From NCBI GenBank assembly GCA_964016885.1, contig OZ024743.1, positions 121,582,001 to 121,646,000 on the forward strand: a stretch of DNA of 64,000 nucleotides, given 5' to 3'. Below the pieces are notes generated by a model. It made no database searches, was not told the origin of the DNA, and worked only from the letters and a program-made list of their open reading frames with translations. Origin of the DNA: Eledone cirrhosa. Its lineage: Eukaryota. The position numbers were made by a program, and so were the translations under genes. Below, piece by piece: positions 27,473-39,389 of this stretch. Each line of letters begins with the position of its first letter. The stretch's first letter is position 1.

Positions 27473-27778
27473 AATATAAATTCTACAAATTACACAGCCC
27501 AAGTGAAATCAAGAGAAAAATCAAAGAAAAGAATTTTATTGATAAATTCAAACCCAAGCTAAATGAACAATAATAACGCCTAGGGGTATTACTTCTACTA
27601 CCACTATGACCACGACCACTAACAACAACAACAACAACAATAATAATAATAATAAAAGTGATGTTGATGGTGATGATTAATAGAAAATGCTATTTTCATC
27701 ATTTCAAAAAAGCAAAACAATTGATACGTTGGATATGACTATTGGTCGTTAGCATGCTCAACCAGCCGTGACGCTTAA

Positions 27779-27885
27779 ACCAATCAGCTGTAGTAATTCA
27801 GTGAAACTACACACTGATTGGTCGAAATACAGTTTACAGGGCTTTGCATTCTGGAGCCACTTTTCTCTGTATAAAATGTATAAAA
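27779..27885 (+). promoter_or_regulatory. Putative pLTR Pol II promoter: inverted CCAAT pair and two TATAAAA boxes
   Basis: ACCAATCAG (27779) and CTGATTGGT (27814-27822) form an inverted pair. TATAAAA at 27870 and 27879, ~65 nt upstream of the hammerhead. Repeated in the 3' pLTR. Confidence 0.45.
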
Positions 27886-27948
27886 GGTAGGAAATTTACC
27901 CATCTCATTACAGTTGAAAATTGCAAACTCGACTGTCACCACATATCA

Positions 27949-27987
27949 TGAACCTGAAGATTGCGAAAGCATGAAAGTACTTGTTCA
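27949..27987 (+). ncRNA. Minimal type I hammerhead ribozyme, 5' pLTR
   Basis: TGAAC-CTGAAGA-TTGC GAAA GCAT-GAAA-GTAC-TT-GTTCA. 5-bp helix I, GNRA-capped stem II, palindromic AGTACT in place of stem III. Confidence 0.85.
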
Positions 27988-28191
27988 ATTAACACTTAGA
28001 ATTTAATATTCTATCATACTATTTCATTATAATACCATTATATATATTTTAAAGGATTGTAAATAAAACGAGTAAATCAGACAAAGTTGGAATTCCTCTT
28101 ATTAATATAATCTTCTATACACAATCATACACACCCGTGTATATTTACCTATCTATATCTATATATATATTCCTATTGTGTATATGCCAAC

Positions 28192-29541
28192 ATGTCTGGA
28201 AAGCAACAAATGAAACCAACAGAATCAGAAAGAATTCTAAAGGAGATATCATCGAAATTATCAACACTTATCACGATGATGGACACACAATCCTCTATTT
28301 TAAAGGAAATAGAAAAACAATCTACAGACGGAAAACTTATAACTGAACATATAAACTCTGAAATTAAGAATTTAGCTGAAATTATACCAACAGTTATCAA
28401 AGATACAAGAGAAAGCCTACCACAACCCCCTTGGATGTCAGAAATAAACGAAAGAAATTTGGAAAACAAAACACATCGAATAAGAAAAGAAATGTGGAAG
28501 ACATGGAAAAAATTCCTTAACATAAGAAAACAAAATTTCTGGAAAGCATACAGATGCGAAAAATATGTCGAAACACATTCGAAATGGCTCTCTCTAACGG
28601 CACCCATACTCCCTCGTAAATACCTAATTACAGAAATTGCAGGAGAACCAGAAGAAGAAACAAAACTCCGATGGGAACTTACATTGACAAAATTCAGGAC
28701 CGACATCTCCATTTCTGAATGTAAACAATCCCGCTACAAAGCCAAATATGAAGCTATTGATGACCAAATTGAAGTTGAAATTTCAAAGCTAACGACTGGT
28801 ATTATAGCTGAAAAACTACGAGAACTATGGATCGGAGATATCTCAAAAGAAGAAAACAAATCAAGAAAGGTATGGCAGCAGAAACAATTATTTCTCGATG
28901 AATATGCTGCAAATTACGGTAAAGACTCTGGAACCCTGAGAAAAAGCATTAAAAGTGGACAATCTCATCAACACAACATACGCCAGAACACGTGCCAACA
29001 CAAACACTCACCTTACCTTGAATCAAAGAAGAACTACGGTAATAACTCTTCGCTTTTTCTACAAAAACACCCTATCGCACACAACATGAACAAAAAGCAC
29101 AAACACGATAGGTATTCCTTTGACCAGACCATGAGAAGTAGTAAAACCAGGAGATCATTCTCAAGATCTCAACAGAGACTACCAACAAGGAATGTGGAAA
29201 CAAAACGTAGAATAACCAGATCACTCTCAAGATCTCAACAGAGATTGCCCACAAGAAACTGGACCAAAAAACGATCTAAACCTGAAAGCAAACCTAGGTC
29301 ATTTTCCCAGATTGTTAAAAATAATGCTAACAGGAAGAAAAATAATATACAGAATACCAAAAATAGGACAAAATACATAACGAAACCAAATATAATATCA
29401 CGACCAAAAGTTCATCAAGCGAACACCAACAGGAATATAAATCCTGAACAGAGAAAAATTCATTTTTTAACGTCAGGACAACAAAAACCGGAAAAAGAAA
29501 AACTCCAGGAGGAAACATACCCAAAACAGCTGTACACGTAG
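28192..29541 (+). CDS. PLE ORF1: helical/coiled-coil-like N-half, basic RS-rich C-half (449 aa)
   Basis: Uninterrupted ORF starting just after the 5' pLTR; contains a duplicated RS(F/L)SRSQQRLPTRN peptide. Confidence 0.8.
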   Translation: MSGKQQMKPTESERILKEISSKLSTLITMMDTQSSILKEIEKQSTDGKLITEHINSEIKNLAEIIPTVIKDTRESLPQPPWMSEINERNLENKTHRIRKEMWKTWKKFLNIRKQNFWKAYRCEKYVETHSKWLSLTAPILPRKYLITEIAGEPEEETKLRWELTLTKFRTDISISECKQSRYKAKYEAIDDQIEVEISKLTTGIIAEKLRELWIGDISKEENKSRKVWQQKQLFLDEYAANYGKDSGTLRKSIKSGQSHQHNIRQNTCQHKHSPYLESKKNYGNNSSLFLQKHPIAHNMNKKHKHDRYSFDQTMRSSKTRRSFSRSQQRLPTRNVETKRRITRSLSRSQQRLPTRNWTKKRSKPESKPRSFSQIVKNNANRKKNNIQNTKNRTKYITKPNIISRPKVHQANTNRNINPEQRKIHFLTSGQQKPEKEKLQEETYPKQLYT

Positions 29542-31775
29542 ATCCTAAAATAATTAATTTATCTAAAAGAGATCTTGACAATGATGAAATGCAAATTCTG
29601 TCAAAAGGACTGAAATTCACACCGACTCCAACAGTCAACCACCAAGAACTGAAGGAGGATACCCAAGAATTCTGTCGAAAATTACGTCTTGTAGAATTCT
29701 TCGCTGATAAAAATAATGAGAGTGATGAATCACTAGTAAAGAATAAATCAAATTTCACTCCGCCAAAAGGAAGAAATATCTATCTCGACCAATACATTGA
29801 CATCCTGTCTAAATTTCCTCTTAGACATAATACTAATGTTAGGCCAAACATTAACAAATCAGAAATGTCTGCACTTAAACGTATACAAAATGATAAAACA
29901 ATAATAATTAAACAAGCAGATAAAGGGGGTGCAGTTGTTATAATGGATACTGAATACTACAAGGATTTGGTTGAGGAACAACTGAAAGACACAACATTCT
30001 ATCATGAAATACCGTCAAATATAGACCACAACATCATGAAGAAGATCAACAACCTGGCTTCAAAATACCACAACTCATTTACTGATAAGGAAAGAGACTA
30101 CATCACCAATTTTGAGCCGAAACCCAGCAACCTGTATGGCCTACCGAAAGTTCACAAGTCAAAAGAAATACAACTGGCAGTAAGAGAACAAAACAGTGAG
30201 TACATTAAATTATTACACCCAAAAGACTTAAAACTTAGACCTATTATAGCTGGTCCAACATGCCCCACTCACCGTCTAAGCAATTTTGTTGACATTATTT
30301 TGAAACCACTATGTATTCACATACCCAGTTTCATCCGGGATGATATCGACTTCCTGTCCCATCTTCCCAAAACCACGGAAACGAATTCACTTCTACTCAG
30401 TTTTGATGTGGTAAGCCTTTACACCAACATTACACATGATTTAGGAATAAAGGCGGTTAAATACTGGGTGGAAAAACATAGAGAAGTGATTCCCATTAGA
30501 TTCACAGCGCCATTTATATTAGACGCAGTTAAACTTATTCTGGAAAACAACACTTTCTTCTTCAATGGAAAGAATTACATCCAAATTAGAGGCACAGCGA
30601 TGGGAACGAAGTTTGCTCCCGTTTACGCGAACTCTGTAATGGGATACTTAGAACAACAACTCTACCAAGAAATAGAGGAAAAATATAGTACTGACTTTAG
30701 AAAGTACATTGAAAAATCTTGGAAGAGATACCTTGACGACTGTTTCATCATCTGGACAGAATCTCTAGATACTCTGGATGAGTTCAATATCCTCCTGAAT
30801 AACCTACACCCATCTCTCCAATTCACAAAAGAGATGAGTAGGACCAAATTACCATTCCTAGATATAATGATAATCAAAAACGACACCACCATTACCACGG
30901 ATATATATTATAAACACACAGACACCCATCAATATCTGAATTTTAAGTCGTGCCATCCACCTCATACAAAACGCAACATCCCATACTGCCTAGCCAGAAG
31001 AATTTGTACCATTGTAGAAGATACGAATACCAGGTACAAACGCCTAACAGAACTAAGAGAATTTTTGCTCAAACAAAAATACCCATCTCTACTTATAGAA
31101 AATGGCATACAGCGGGCTATAAAAATACCTATACAACAACTTAGAACAACCCAAAGAAGAAGAAACCAAGAACTGGTCATACCATTTATAATGACACACA
31201 ACCCATGTCACCAGAATATCTTCAACACTGCCAAAGCAAACCTACCGATCATTGCTCAAAGTAATGAATTAAAAGGCTTAATCACAGATCGATCTTTGAC
31301 TCTTAGTAAAAGACAGCCAAAAAATTTGAAGCAATTGCTAACAAAAGCAAAGTTTGACCTTAACAACAAAGACCAATCATTCACTGTATCTAAATGCAAT
31401 GATAATCGATGCGGCACATGTCAATCCATACACGCCGGTCAATATATGAAAACAAAAACTGGAAAAATATTCACAAATGCAAATATGAACTGCAAAAGCA
31501 GAAATCTAATTTACTGCATTAAATGCCCGAATTGTGAAGAACTATATGTCGGTCAAACTGGAAATGCACTATCGGAACGTGCACGGGTACACCGTCAACA
31601 AATCAGAGACCCAAATGTCCGTCAGATACCCCTAAGCGGCCACCTGGCAACATGTGGTCAGGGAATATTTATAATATTCCCATTCTACAAATTACACAGC
31701 CCAAGTGAAATCAAGAGAAAAATCAAAGAAAAGAATTTTATTGATAAATTCAAACCCAAGCTAAATGAACAATAA
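29448..31775 (+). CDS. PLE ORF2: reverse transcriptase + Cys-rich linker + GIY-YIG endonuclease (frame open from 29448; first ATG 29589)
   Basis: IINLS..L...E..ILSKGLKFTPTP, IIKQADKGGAVVIM, LYGLPKVHK, LRPII, SFDVVSLYTNI, GTAMGT, RYLDD, LPFLD, CNDNRCGTC linker, NLIYCIKCPNCEELYVGQTG...H...H...E...LN. Confidence 0.95.
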   Translation, partial: TEKNSFFNVRTTKTGKRKTPGGNIPKTAVHVDPKIINLSKRDLDNDEMQILSKGLKFTPTPTVNHQELKEDTQEFCRKLRLVEFFADKNNESDESLVKNKSNFTPPKGRNIYLDQYIDILSKFPLRHNTNVRPNINKSEMSALKRIQNDKTIIIKQADKGGAVVIMDTEYYKDLVEEQLKDTTFYHEIPSNIDHNIMKKINNLASKYHNSFTDKERDYITNFEPKPSNLYGLPKVHKSKEIQLAVREQNSEYIKLLHPKDLKLRPIIAGPTCPTHRLSNFVDIILKPLCIHIPSFIRDDIDFLSHLPKTTETNSLLLSFDVVSLYTNITHDLGIKAVKYWVEKHREVIPIRFTAPFILDAVKLILENNTFFFNGKNYIQIRGTAMGTKFAPVYANSVMGYLEQQLYQEIEEKYSTDFRKYIEKSWKRYLDDCFIIWTESLDTLDEFNILLNNLHPSLQFTKEMSRTKLPFLDIMIIKNDTTITTDIYYKHTDTHQYLNFKSCHPPHTKRNIPYCLARRICTIVEDTNTRYKRLTELREFLLKQKYPSLLIENGIQRAIKIPIQQLRTTQRRRNQELVIPFIMTHNPCHQNIFNTAKANLPIIAQSNELKGLITDRSLTLSKRQPKNLKQLLTKAKFDLNNKDQSFTVSKCNDNRCGTCQSIHAGQYMKTKTGKIFTNANMNCKSRNLIYCIKCPNCEELYVGQTGNALSERARVHRQQIRDPNVRQIPLSGHLATCGQGIFIIFPFYKLHSPSEIKRKIKEKNFIDKFKPKLNEQ

Positions 31776-32150
31776 TAACGCCTAGGGGTATTACTTCTAC
31801 TACCACTATGACCACGACCACTAACAACAACAACAACAACAATAATAATAATAATAAAAGTGATGTTGATGGTGATGATTAATAGAAAATGCTATTTTCA
31901 TCATTTCAAAAAAGCAAAACAATTGATACGTTGGATATGACTATTGGTCGTTAGCATGCTCAACCAGCCGTGACGCTTAAACCAATCAGCTGTAGTAATT
32001 CAGTGAAACTACACACTGATTGGTCGAAATACAGTTTACAGGGCTTTGCATTCTGGAGCCACTTTTCTCTGTATAAAATGTATAAAAGGTAGGAAATTTA
32101 CCCATCTCATTACAGTTGAAAATTGCAAACTCGACTGTCACCACATATCA

Positions 32151-32189
32151 TGAACCTGAAGATTGCGAAAGCATGAAAGTACTTGTTCA
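32151..32189 (+). ncRNA. Minimal type I hammerhead ribozyme, 3' pLTR
   Basis: Identical to 27949-27987. Confidence 0.85.
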
Positions 32190-32342
32190 ATTAACACTTA
32201 GAATTTAATATTCTATCATACTATTTCATTATAATACCATTATATATATTTTAAAGGATTGTAAATAAAACGAGTAAATCAGACAAAGTTGGAATTCCTC
32301 TTATTAATATATAAATATATATATATATATAAATATATATAT

Positions 32343-32373
<31 letters not shown>

Positions 32374-32376
32374 AAT

Positions 32377-32543
<167 letters not shown>

Positions 32544-32569
32544 AATATATATATATATAAATATATATA

Positions 32570-32601
<32 letters not shown>

Positions 32602-32604
32602 AAT

Positions 32605-32635
<31 letters not shown>

Positions 32636-32680
32636 AATATATATAAATATATATATATATATAAATATATATATAAATAT

Positions 32681-32807
<127 letters not shown>

Positions 32808-32810
32808 AAT

Positions 32811-32910
<100 letters not shown>

Positions 32911-33241
32911 CTTCATATATAAACAATTAAATTGTGGATAACAGAATCTGTAGAGCACCAAAACACAACTCTGTTGTGTTTGGGTACATCTGTTCAAGTT
33001 CTGAGTTCGAATCTTACCACTTTGCCTTTCCTTCTTTTGGGGCCAACTGATAGTCCCTTGAAGACAGCGCTCGATCATAGCCGCAATGCAATTCTTGAAA
33101 CCAGTAAACAAAAGGAAGAAAATAAGGACATATATAGTTGACAGTCTACACAAGAAATAAACGGCCTCTCCAGCCATTAAGAAATTACTCTACAGAAAAC
33201 CTACTTCGAGACGAATAAGATTATATGATCGCTCGACCTGC

Positions 33242-33431
33242 TAATAATTGTTTCTACTTTAGGCACAAGGCCAGCAATTACGCAGTGCATTACTGGTACT
33301 TTATTTTATCGACCCGTAAGGATGAAAGGCAAAGTCAACCTCGGCGGAATTTGAACTCAGATCGTAAAGGGACGTAACTATGCTGGAAAGCATGGCGTCC
33401 GACCCTCCACCGATACTGCCAATCCACCGCT
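33242..33431 (-). mobile_element. SINE family A with target-site duplication
   Basis: Flanked by CGCTCGACCTGCTAATAAT at 33230-33248 and 33428-33446. Confidence 0.9.
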
Positions 33432-33981
33432 CGACCTGCTAATAATAGTAGCTAAGTCACACTTAACCCACATTCTACAAGGAAGCGGACATTAGATAAT
33501 GTAGTCCAAAGTGCGAGATTATAGATAACGATTGAAATGTCTTTGATTCGGGATTTTCCTGATTGCCATTACGTAAACAAGAACAATGAGAATACGCAAA
33601 GCAAAGGGAGAATTTACCCTATATAGAGAGGTTACTGGTGACATAGGGCAAGTTTGCCTAATTGGGAGAAAGTGTGAGAGGGAATAGGAGAAGCAAATTA
33701 CTTATACTAAGAAATACATCATAATAAAAAAGAAAGAAAGAAAATCTACAGTAATGAGAATAAAGGAAAGACAATGTGAGATGGGTAGAGAGGATAAGTG
33801 CGCATGAGGAGTAAGTGAAACGTGACCACAGCTTCTAAAACAGGTCAACAAATGAATTCTAAAACGTAGAATATTAGTGAAGTGACCAGATTATAAACGT
33901 ACGTCGAAACGCTAAGGTAATAATAATTTCTAAAGATTTGTGTAACAGAAGTAAATGTCACCGATCATGTGATCACATGTT

Positions 33982-34168
33982 GGTGGATTGGCAGTATCAG
34001 TAGAGGGTCGGACGCCATGTTTTGCAGCACAGTTACGTCCCTTTACGGACTGAGTTCAAAACCCGCCGAGGTTAACTTTGCCTTTCATCCTTAAGTGGTC
34101 GATAAAATAAAGTACCAGTAATACACTGGGATAATTGCTGGCCTTGTGCCAAAAGTAGAAACAATTAT
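33982..34168 (+). mobile_element. SINE family A
   Basis: Full-length match; inverted relative to the 33242 copy. Confidence 0.85.
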
Positions 34169-34679
34169 AACCTGGGAATGTTAACAATAATAACAAATAA
34201 CAACAAAAACATGATTTCTACAGTTAGTTTTACTATGATGAAATTATATCTTGTGTAGTGTTACGAAAAGCATGTTTAATATGGAGAACATTAATTAACA
34301 TTACGTAGGTATTTATTATTAACGAAGTGGAATAAAGTGATAATTTCGAAAAGAATTATAGACATCTTTTCATACATTGTTTTTCGGTTGATTACATATA
34401 TCTATAATGGTTTGAAATAGCGGTACTCCCAATAATAAATTGTTTCTTCCATCAAACTAAACCTGAGACTCTTATCAAGAGGTAATGAGAAATTGTGATA
34501 TATTTGCTGGGTTATGGAAGGTCTACGGCTTCAACCATGGATTGACACATGGTCTTAGATTCGACTGACCAACGCTTTAATATATTCTACGGTATTTATA
34601 ACTGCATTGTGAATATTACGAAATTCATAATGATAAGCATTCGATAAGCATTCGATAATTATCTGTTTTCTACACATAG

Positions 34680-34850
34680 GTTTGATATCAGTCGACCAGT
34701 GGATGAGTACCTTTCAAGTTCATCTTATTCATAATGGTACGTTAAAGAAATGTCGTATAAGACCCACATACAACAAAGTAATGGATGAGGAATACTTAAG
34801 GATGCCAGAAAATGGATGGCTTGGAATTAAACCATCTCTTCTTGGTGAAA
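34680..34850 (+). CDS. Exon 2 of iGluR-like gene
   Basis: Acceptor TTTTCTACACATAG|, (G)LISVDQWMSTFQVHLIHNGTLKKC...KPSLLGE, donor |GTAAGT; phase 1/1. Confidence 0.75.
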
Positions 34851-35045
34851 GTAAGTATTTCTGATTTCTTTTAAATATGAAACATGAAAACAACTATTTA
34901 ATACACTCATATGAAAACAAATTTTTAGTGTATTCATTTAGTCAATTTTTTTTCTGTGAAATTATCTATATACAGTTTATATTTTATATTTTATTCGACT
35001 ACCTCTTAATTTAAGTACAAGTAAATATGATCTCCTTTTATGCAG

Positions 35046-35327
35046 TTGGAACTACCGAATTTGAAACACCTCTTTTGATAATCGGGCCATACTATGCCAA
35101 CCTTGCTATGATGCTAGATGACGTAAACATGCCATATATTGTGACAGACGAAAAGGGGAGCCGCTGGACAGATCGCAGTCGAACTCAGGACAATATTCGC
35201 TGGAAGAACACCTTATATATTCGACCACCGGCCCGAGAGCAAAATAAAGCTGTCGTCGATTTATTTATTCTAAAAGAATGGGAGGGTGGTGTAATGATAA
35301 TGCCGTCTAACAAGGAAGATAATTATG
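35046..35327 (+). CDS. Exon 3 of iGluR-like gene
   Basis: TTTTATGCAG| ... |GTAAGA, phase 1/1. LLIIGP...NMPYIV...LYIRPP...AVVDLFILKEW matches the ATD pattern AIiGP...iP.i...l.l.P...Al.dli...W. Confidence 0.85.
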
Positions 35328-36929
35328 GTAAGAAACTATTTCTACTTCATTTCTCAAATACAATCTCTATTAATTTATATGGGACTAAGGAATTCTCATG
35401 AAATTAACACTTAACATATATATGTTTAATATTAATCAAGTGATTTGGGTGGTTAATTTACATTAAATGCGTTACTATTGAATTTCGTATTATATCTCTT
35501 AGTTAAAATCCAGTCGAATTTCATGTTGCTTTCATTCTCAGTGATTGATAGAATGATCACTAGTAGGAAACTCGATTAACTATATCCTTATATCAATAAA
35601 ACATAGCATTGTCCTTGTCATTGTAATTCCTTTCACATTCTATTTATTTTGGTTATTATTTAAGTAATTGCAATTTTATTCGAATTTCGTAGGAAATAAT
35701 TTCTATTTTCGCTCGCTTTTTATATGAAGCCATAAGATGGTACTGCGTCATGACTCTCATGATTGTCTCAACAGAACGTTAAATATCTACATATTAGATT
35801 AGAGACGGGTCCCAGACTAATCTAATGGAACTTACCATTTCTGTGTTCTCCTTGTAAGTCTGTCGCAATATTAATCTCCATTCTAATGGAAGTCGCAGGA
35901 GATTAGTAATAATTTTCTCGCGAACAAAGATCACGACATGGTTTTGATCCATATTTAGAATCCTTTTATTACACATGTCCCGCTTATACTTCGGGAAAAT
36001 TCATGAGCGTGACATGATTCAATTTTCCTCCTTTCAAAATGTATAGAGATATTTATACTCTCAAACAGAAGAAATTGCAAACAGTATGAATTGCACTGTT
36101 TTTATTTACGCAAATAATACCTGATGTCGAGCGTTTATCCAGCAGAAAGTTCTCTTGCACACTCAATCTTCTCCAAAAATTTGAGCTCTTGTATCAATGT
36201 AATAAAAAAAATCAATTAAGTGAGTAATTCAGAATTTCAAATTTCATTAAAATAAATTTCATTTAACTATCCTTCTACTGACAATAACAGATTTATGGCA
36301 GACAATTGAATTGTTCTTAGTATAATTTAAGGAAATCAAAATGCAGTAAACACACATATGTCATGATAAAGCTTTCTCTGTTAATTCCTTCCTAGACGAT
36401 AGTACGTTGTTATTAAGAAGTGTCATGACATAATCAATTCATAAATAGAGCAGTCTCTAGAATATAAAGTGGGTGGGCATGACATTATGTGATTACATAT
36501 TCATCTTGCCGAGGGACTTAAAACAATAAATTAGCTATTCTCTCCTCGGAATGTTTGAAATAAGAAATACTCAATGCTGTTGGCCTACTATTTTGAAAAA
36601 AAAGTAATACGTATCAATGACTGTGTGCGCCGCCAATGCTTAATGTACTAAAAGTTAATATCACAATTTCAAACCCTGCCACGGTCTTGCATATTTGAAC
36701 AAAATATATATTATTTATCTTCAATATCACCTCGATTTTATAAAATGTAACCGATAATAATTCATGGAAACATGAATATGCAACATAGTTTAATCTATAT
36801 CAGTATTAACAATCTTTGTTTTAATGCTTAGAGAGAGCAATAAATATAATGTGGCAGAAATGAACTTGTTTACATAATGTCAATCAAACAACAATTAAAT
36901 CTTTATTCAAAAGCAAAAAAAGACAAATC

Positions 36930-37568
36930 TTATTTAGTAAGAAAAAATATTAAAAAGGGGAAACAAAAGAAAAGAAAGAATAGGGAAATATAAAAAAAAT
37001 AAAGAAAGAAGAAAAAGAACGGGAAAGGGAGGGGTGGCAAGAGCTCTGGTGTCGCAGAAGAGAGGGGATGGTGATGGGGAGGGTGATTGGGCTTTGGGCC
37101 TAGGGCAAGGGGGCAAGGGTGCTGCACCCCGCGGACAAGACGGCAAAAGCATTCCCCCGGACGATGGCCAGCGACACCTGCTGCAACAGTCACCCAACCT
37201 TACGGGGCTCCTTCCTCAGACGGGCCGCCGACGCTCCCATCTTGCGGAGGAGCTCGGCAGTGCGGGGTCCAAGTACGCCTGAGGTCTCGACCGGTACGAA
37301 GAGGAAGCGGCCTGACAAACCCCGGTATTTTTTTATTTTACGTTCTTCTGCGAGGCGGGCTGCGATGCCGGGGTTTGTGGCTGAAGCGACTAAGTTAGAG
37401 GCGGAGAACGTGTCGCAGCAGGTGACGTCCCAGATGAGGGATCTACCTCTTTCGAATGGGAAGAGGGTGATACCGTCGAGGCGCTTCCCATCTCCGCGGT
37501 CTAGGCCTGCTAGCTCCAGTTGAGATGGAAAGCCGGCTGCGTCCAGGCTTCTTCTCAATATGTCGTTG
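36930..37568 (-). mobile_element. 3' fragment of RLE-type (CRE-like) non-LTR retrotransposon
   Basis: RGDGKRLDGITLFPFERGRSLIWDVTCCDT...AEERKIKKY...FVPVETSG..G, then QVSLAIVRGNAFAVLSAG: a PD-(D/E)xK-type endonuclease C-terminus. Confidence 0.8.
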
Positions 37569-38160
37569 TTTCTCGGTATCAGAAAATGTTTCCAGGAAAT
37601 ACATTTTACTCAGCTTTCCCAGCTTATTTCAATAACTAAGTTCCTTCTAATAAGACATTAGTGACAAGACAACTAAAATGGATTAATCGGGTATCTGTAA
37701 ACTAGAGTTAACAGACTCGTGTGAGTATCTTGATTGAACTCTCACGCTGATTTGGAAACATGCTAAAAAATTAATTGCATCGGTCCCTCATATACAAACT
37801 GTTGACAAAAATATTGGAAATATTGCTTCTGTATAATATAGCTGACTCACCTATATATCAGTTTCCAGTTACATTCTTAACAATTAAGTCTTTCTCCGTT
37901 ATTCTGCTAGAGAATAATATCTAAAAACTTACTCAAAAAAAAGAGAGAGTCGGTCTTATCGTGACGTTGATAGTAAAAATATCGGTAGTACTAAAATTTA
38001 TAGAGACCAGCAAGTTGTTTTTGTTGTTGGTGGTGGTGGCAACGGTGGTGGTGGCGGTCAGTAACATGGAGATATATAAAATTCAAGTGAAACTTATAGA
38101 AGATTAATTCAGTATCATTAAAATCAATATTTTAAATCAATTGCTTTCTATTTTTAACAG

Positions 38161-38360
38161 AATGCCAAGACTTAGCCAACCAGATGCTCTATGCAGGGAA
38201 ATACCTAGTAAAGTATACCATCAACACAACGTCTCAAGATATTATGGAACAAAGAATAAGTTCTGTCTTAAAAAATTCATTGTACATGACACAGACACGT
38301 TATATTATATGTAGCCCACGAGACACCAGACACAATCTCAGCCGGACGTTTCTCAATCAG
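38161..38360 (+). CDS. Exon 4 of iGluR-like gene
   Basis: TTTTTAACAG| (E)CQDLANQMLYAG...ISSVLKN...TRYIICSP...TFLNQ |GTTTGT; phase 1/0. Confidence 0.85.
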
Positions 38361-39011
38361 GTTTGTTTGTAATGAAACTTTTTATCTATCGAGAGTGCAT
38401 ATAGTCGAAACAGATATTCTAATGACTCCATCATTTTGTTGTGTACGACAGCTATAAATATTTAAATATGAATAGAAACCGAGATGACGGGAAAACGTCC
38501 AATCGTTTCCTAAGTCCTCTCATACTGATATATTAAAGGAAGAATAAAGGCCTCTTACAATATATCTTTTAATATGACAAAAAAAAGGAATGCCTTATCA
38601 TTTTCGATAATACTTTTATACTAGTCGTAAAGGAATTCATAGAAACTATTAGAAAGAAAACTGACCACCGCTTCATGGATTACCCACACGCAGAAATTGA
38701 CTTACAACCAATCCATTAAACATCCTTGGAACTTACCAACTTTTCAACCATCCTCTTACGTAATCACCTATATAACTCACCCACACACACACACCCCAAA
38801 AAAATTTTTTTCTCCACACGCCACCCACACACACAACACGCTTAAACCCCACACACACGTGCTTCCCACCACATATTTACACCCTCAGCCTCCTGATTCC
38901 TCTCCCCCCACCCCCTATCCACACACGCACAGACACTCCGACCCACAAAACACCCCCCACACACACCTCTTCCTGAACATGCAACCCCGTTCTTCCCCCA
39001 ACCCTTACTTT

Positions 39012-39057
<46 letters not shown>

Positions 39058-39357
39058 CACACACACACCACCTTCAGCCCTCCCCGCTCGGACACCCCGT
39101 CTCCCTCTCCCCACTCCACCCGCCACCACCCCTACTCACCCCACACCCTTCCACCACCTGTTTACCCCCCTTTTAATTTCAGTTTATTTTGATCATGCCT
39201 TTATTTTTAAATTTTCTCATTCCTTGTATTTTGATCATACTTTATTTTTATTTTTTATCTTTATTTGTTATTTTTTCATTCGCACCGTTTCCTTTCGCTA
39301 TATGTCTCTCCACCACTCCCCTACACACCTTTTGAACTCTGTTCCCACACACTTCTC

Positions 39358-39389
39358 ACCTGAGGAAGGGCTTATGCCCGAAACGTCGT
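39358..39389 (+). ncRNA. Minimal hammerhead-like motif in a probable PLE 3' remnant (~38650-39480)
   Basis: AC-CTGAGGA-AGGGC TTAT GCCC-GAAAC-GTC-GT. Helix I only 2 bp; followed by AATAAA and (TA)n. Confidence 0.55.

Larger units (their letters stand above)
27480..32311 (+). mobile_element. Apparently intact Penelope-like retroelement (Neptune-type) in partial-tandem form
   Basis: 630-bp direct repeats 27480-28109 and 31682-32311 (offset 4202), each starting within the last ~30 codons of the RT-EN ORF. Two uninterrupted ORFs; (TA)n/(TAAA) arrays on both sides. Confidence 0.95.

Noticed and set aside
27480-32311. LTR retrotransposon interpretation of the 630-bp direct repeats
   Set aside because: No TG...CA ends, PBS/PPT, protease, RNase H or integrase. 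The repeats overlap the ORF end and the enzyme is PLE RT plus GIY-YIG.
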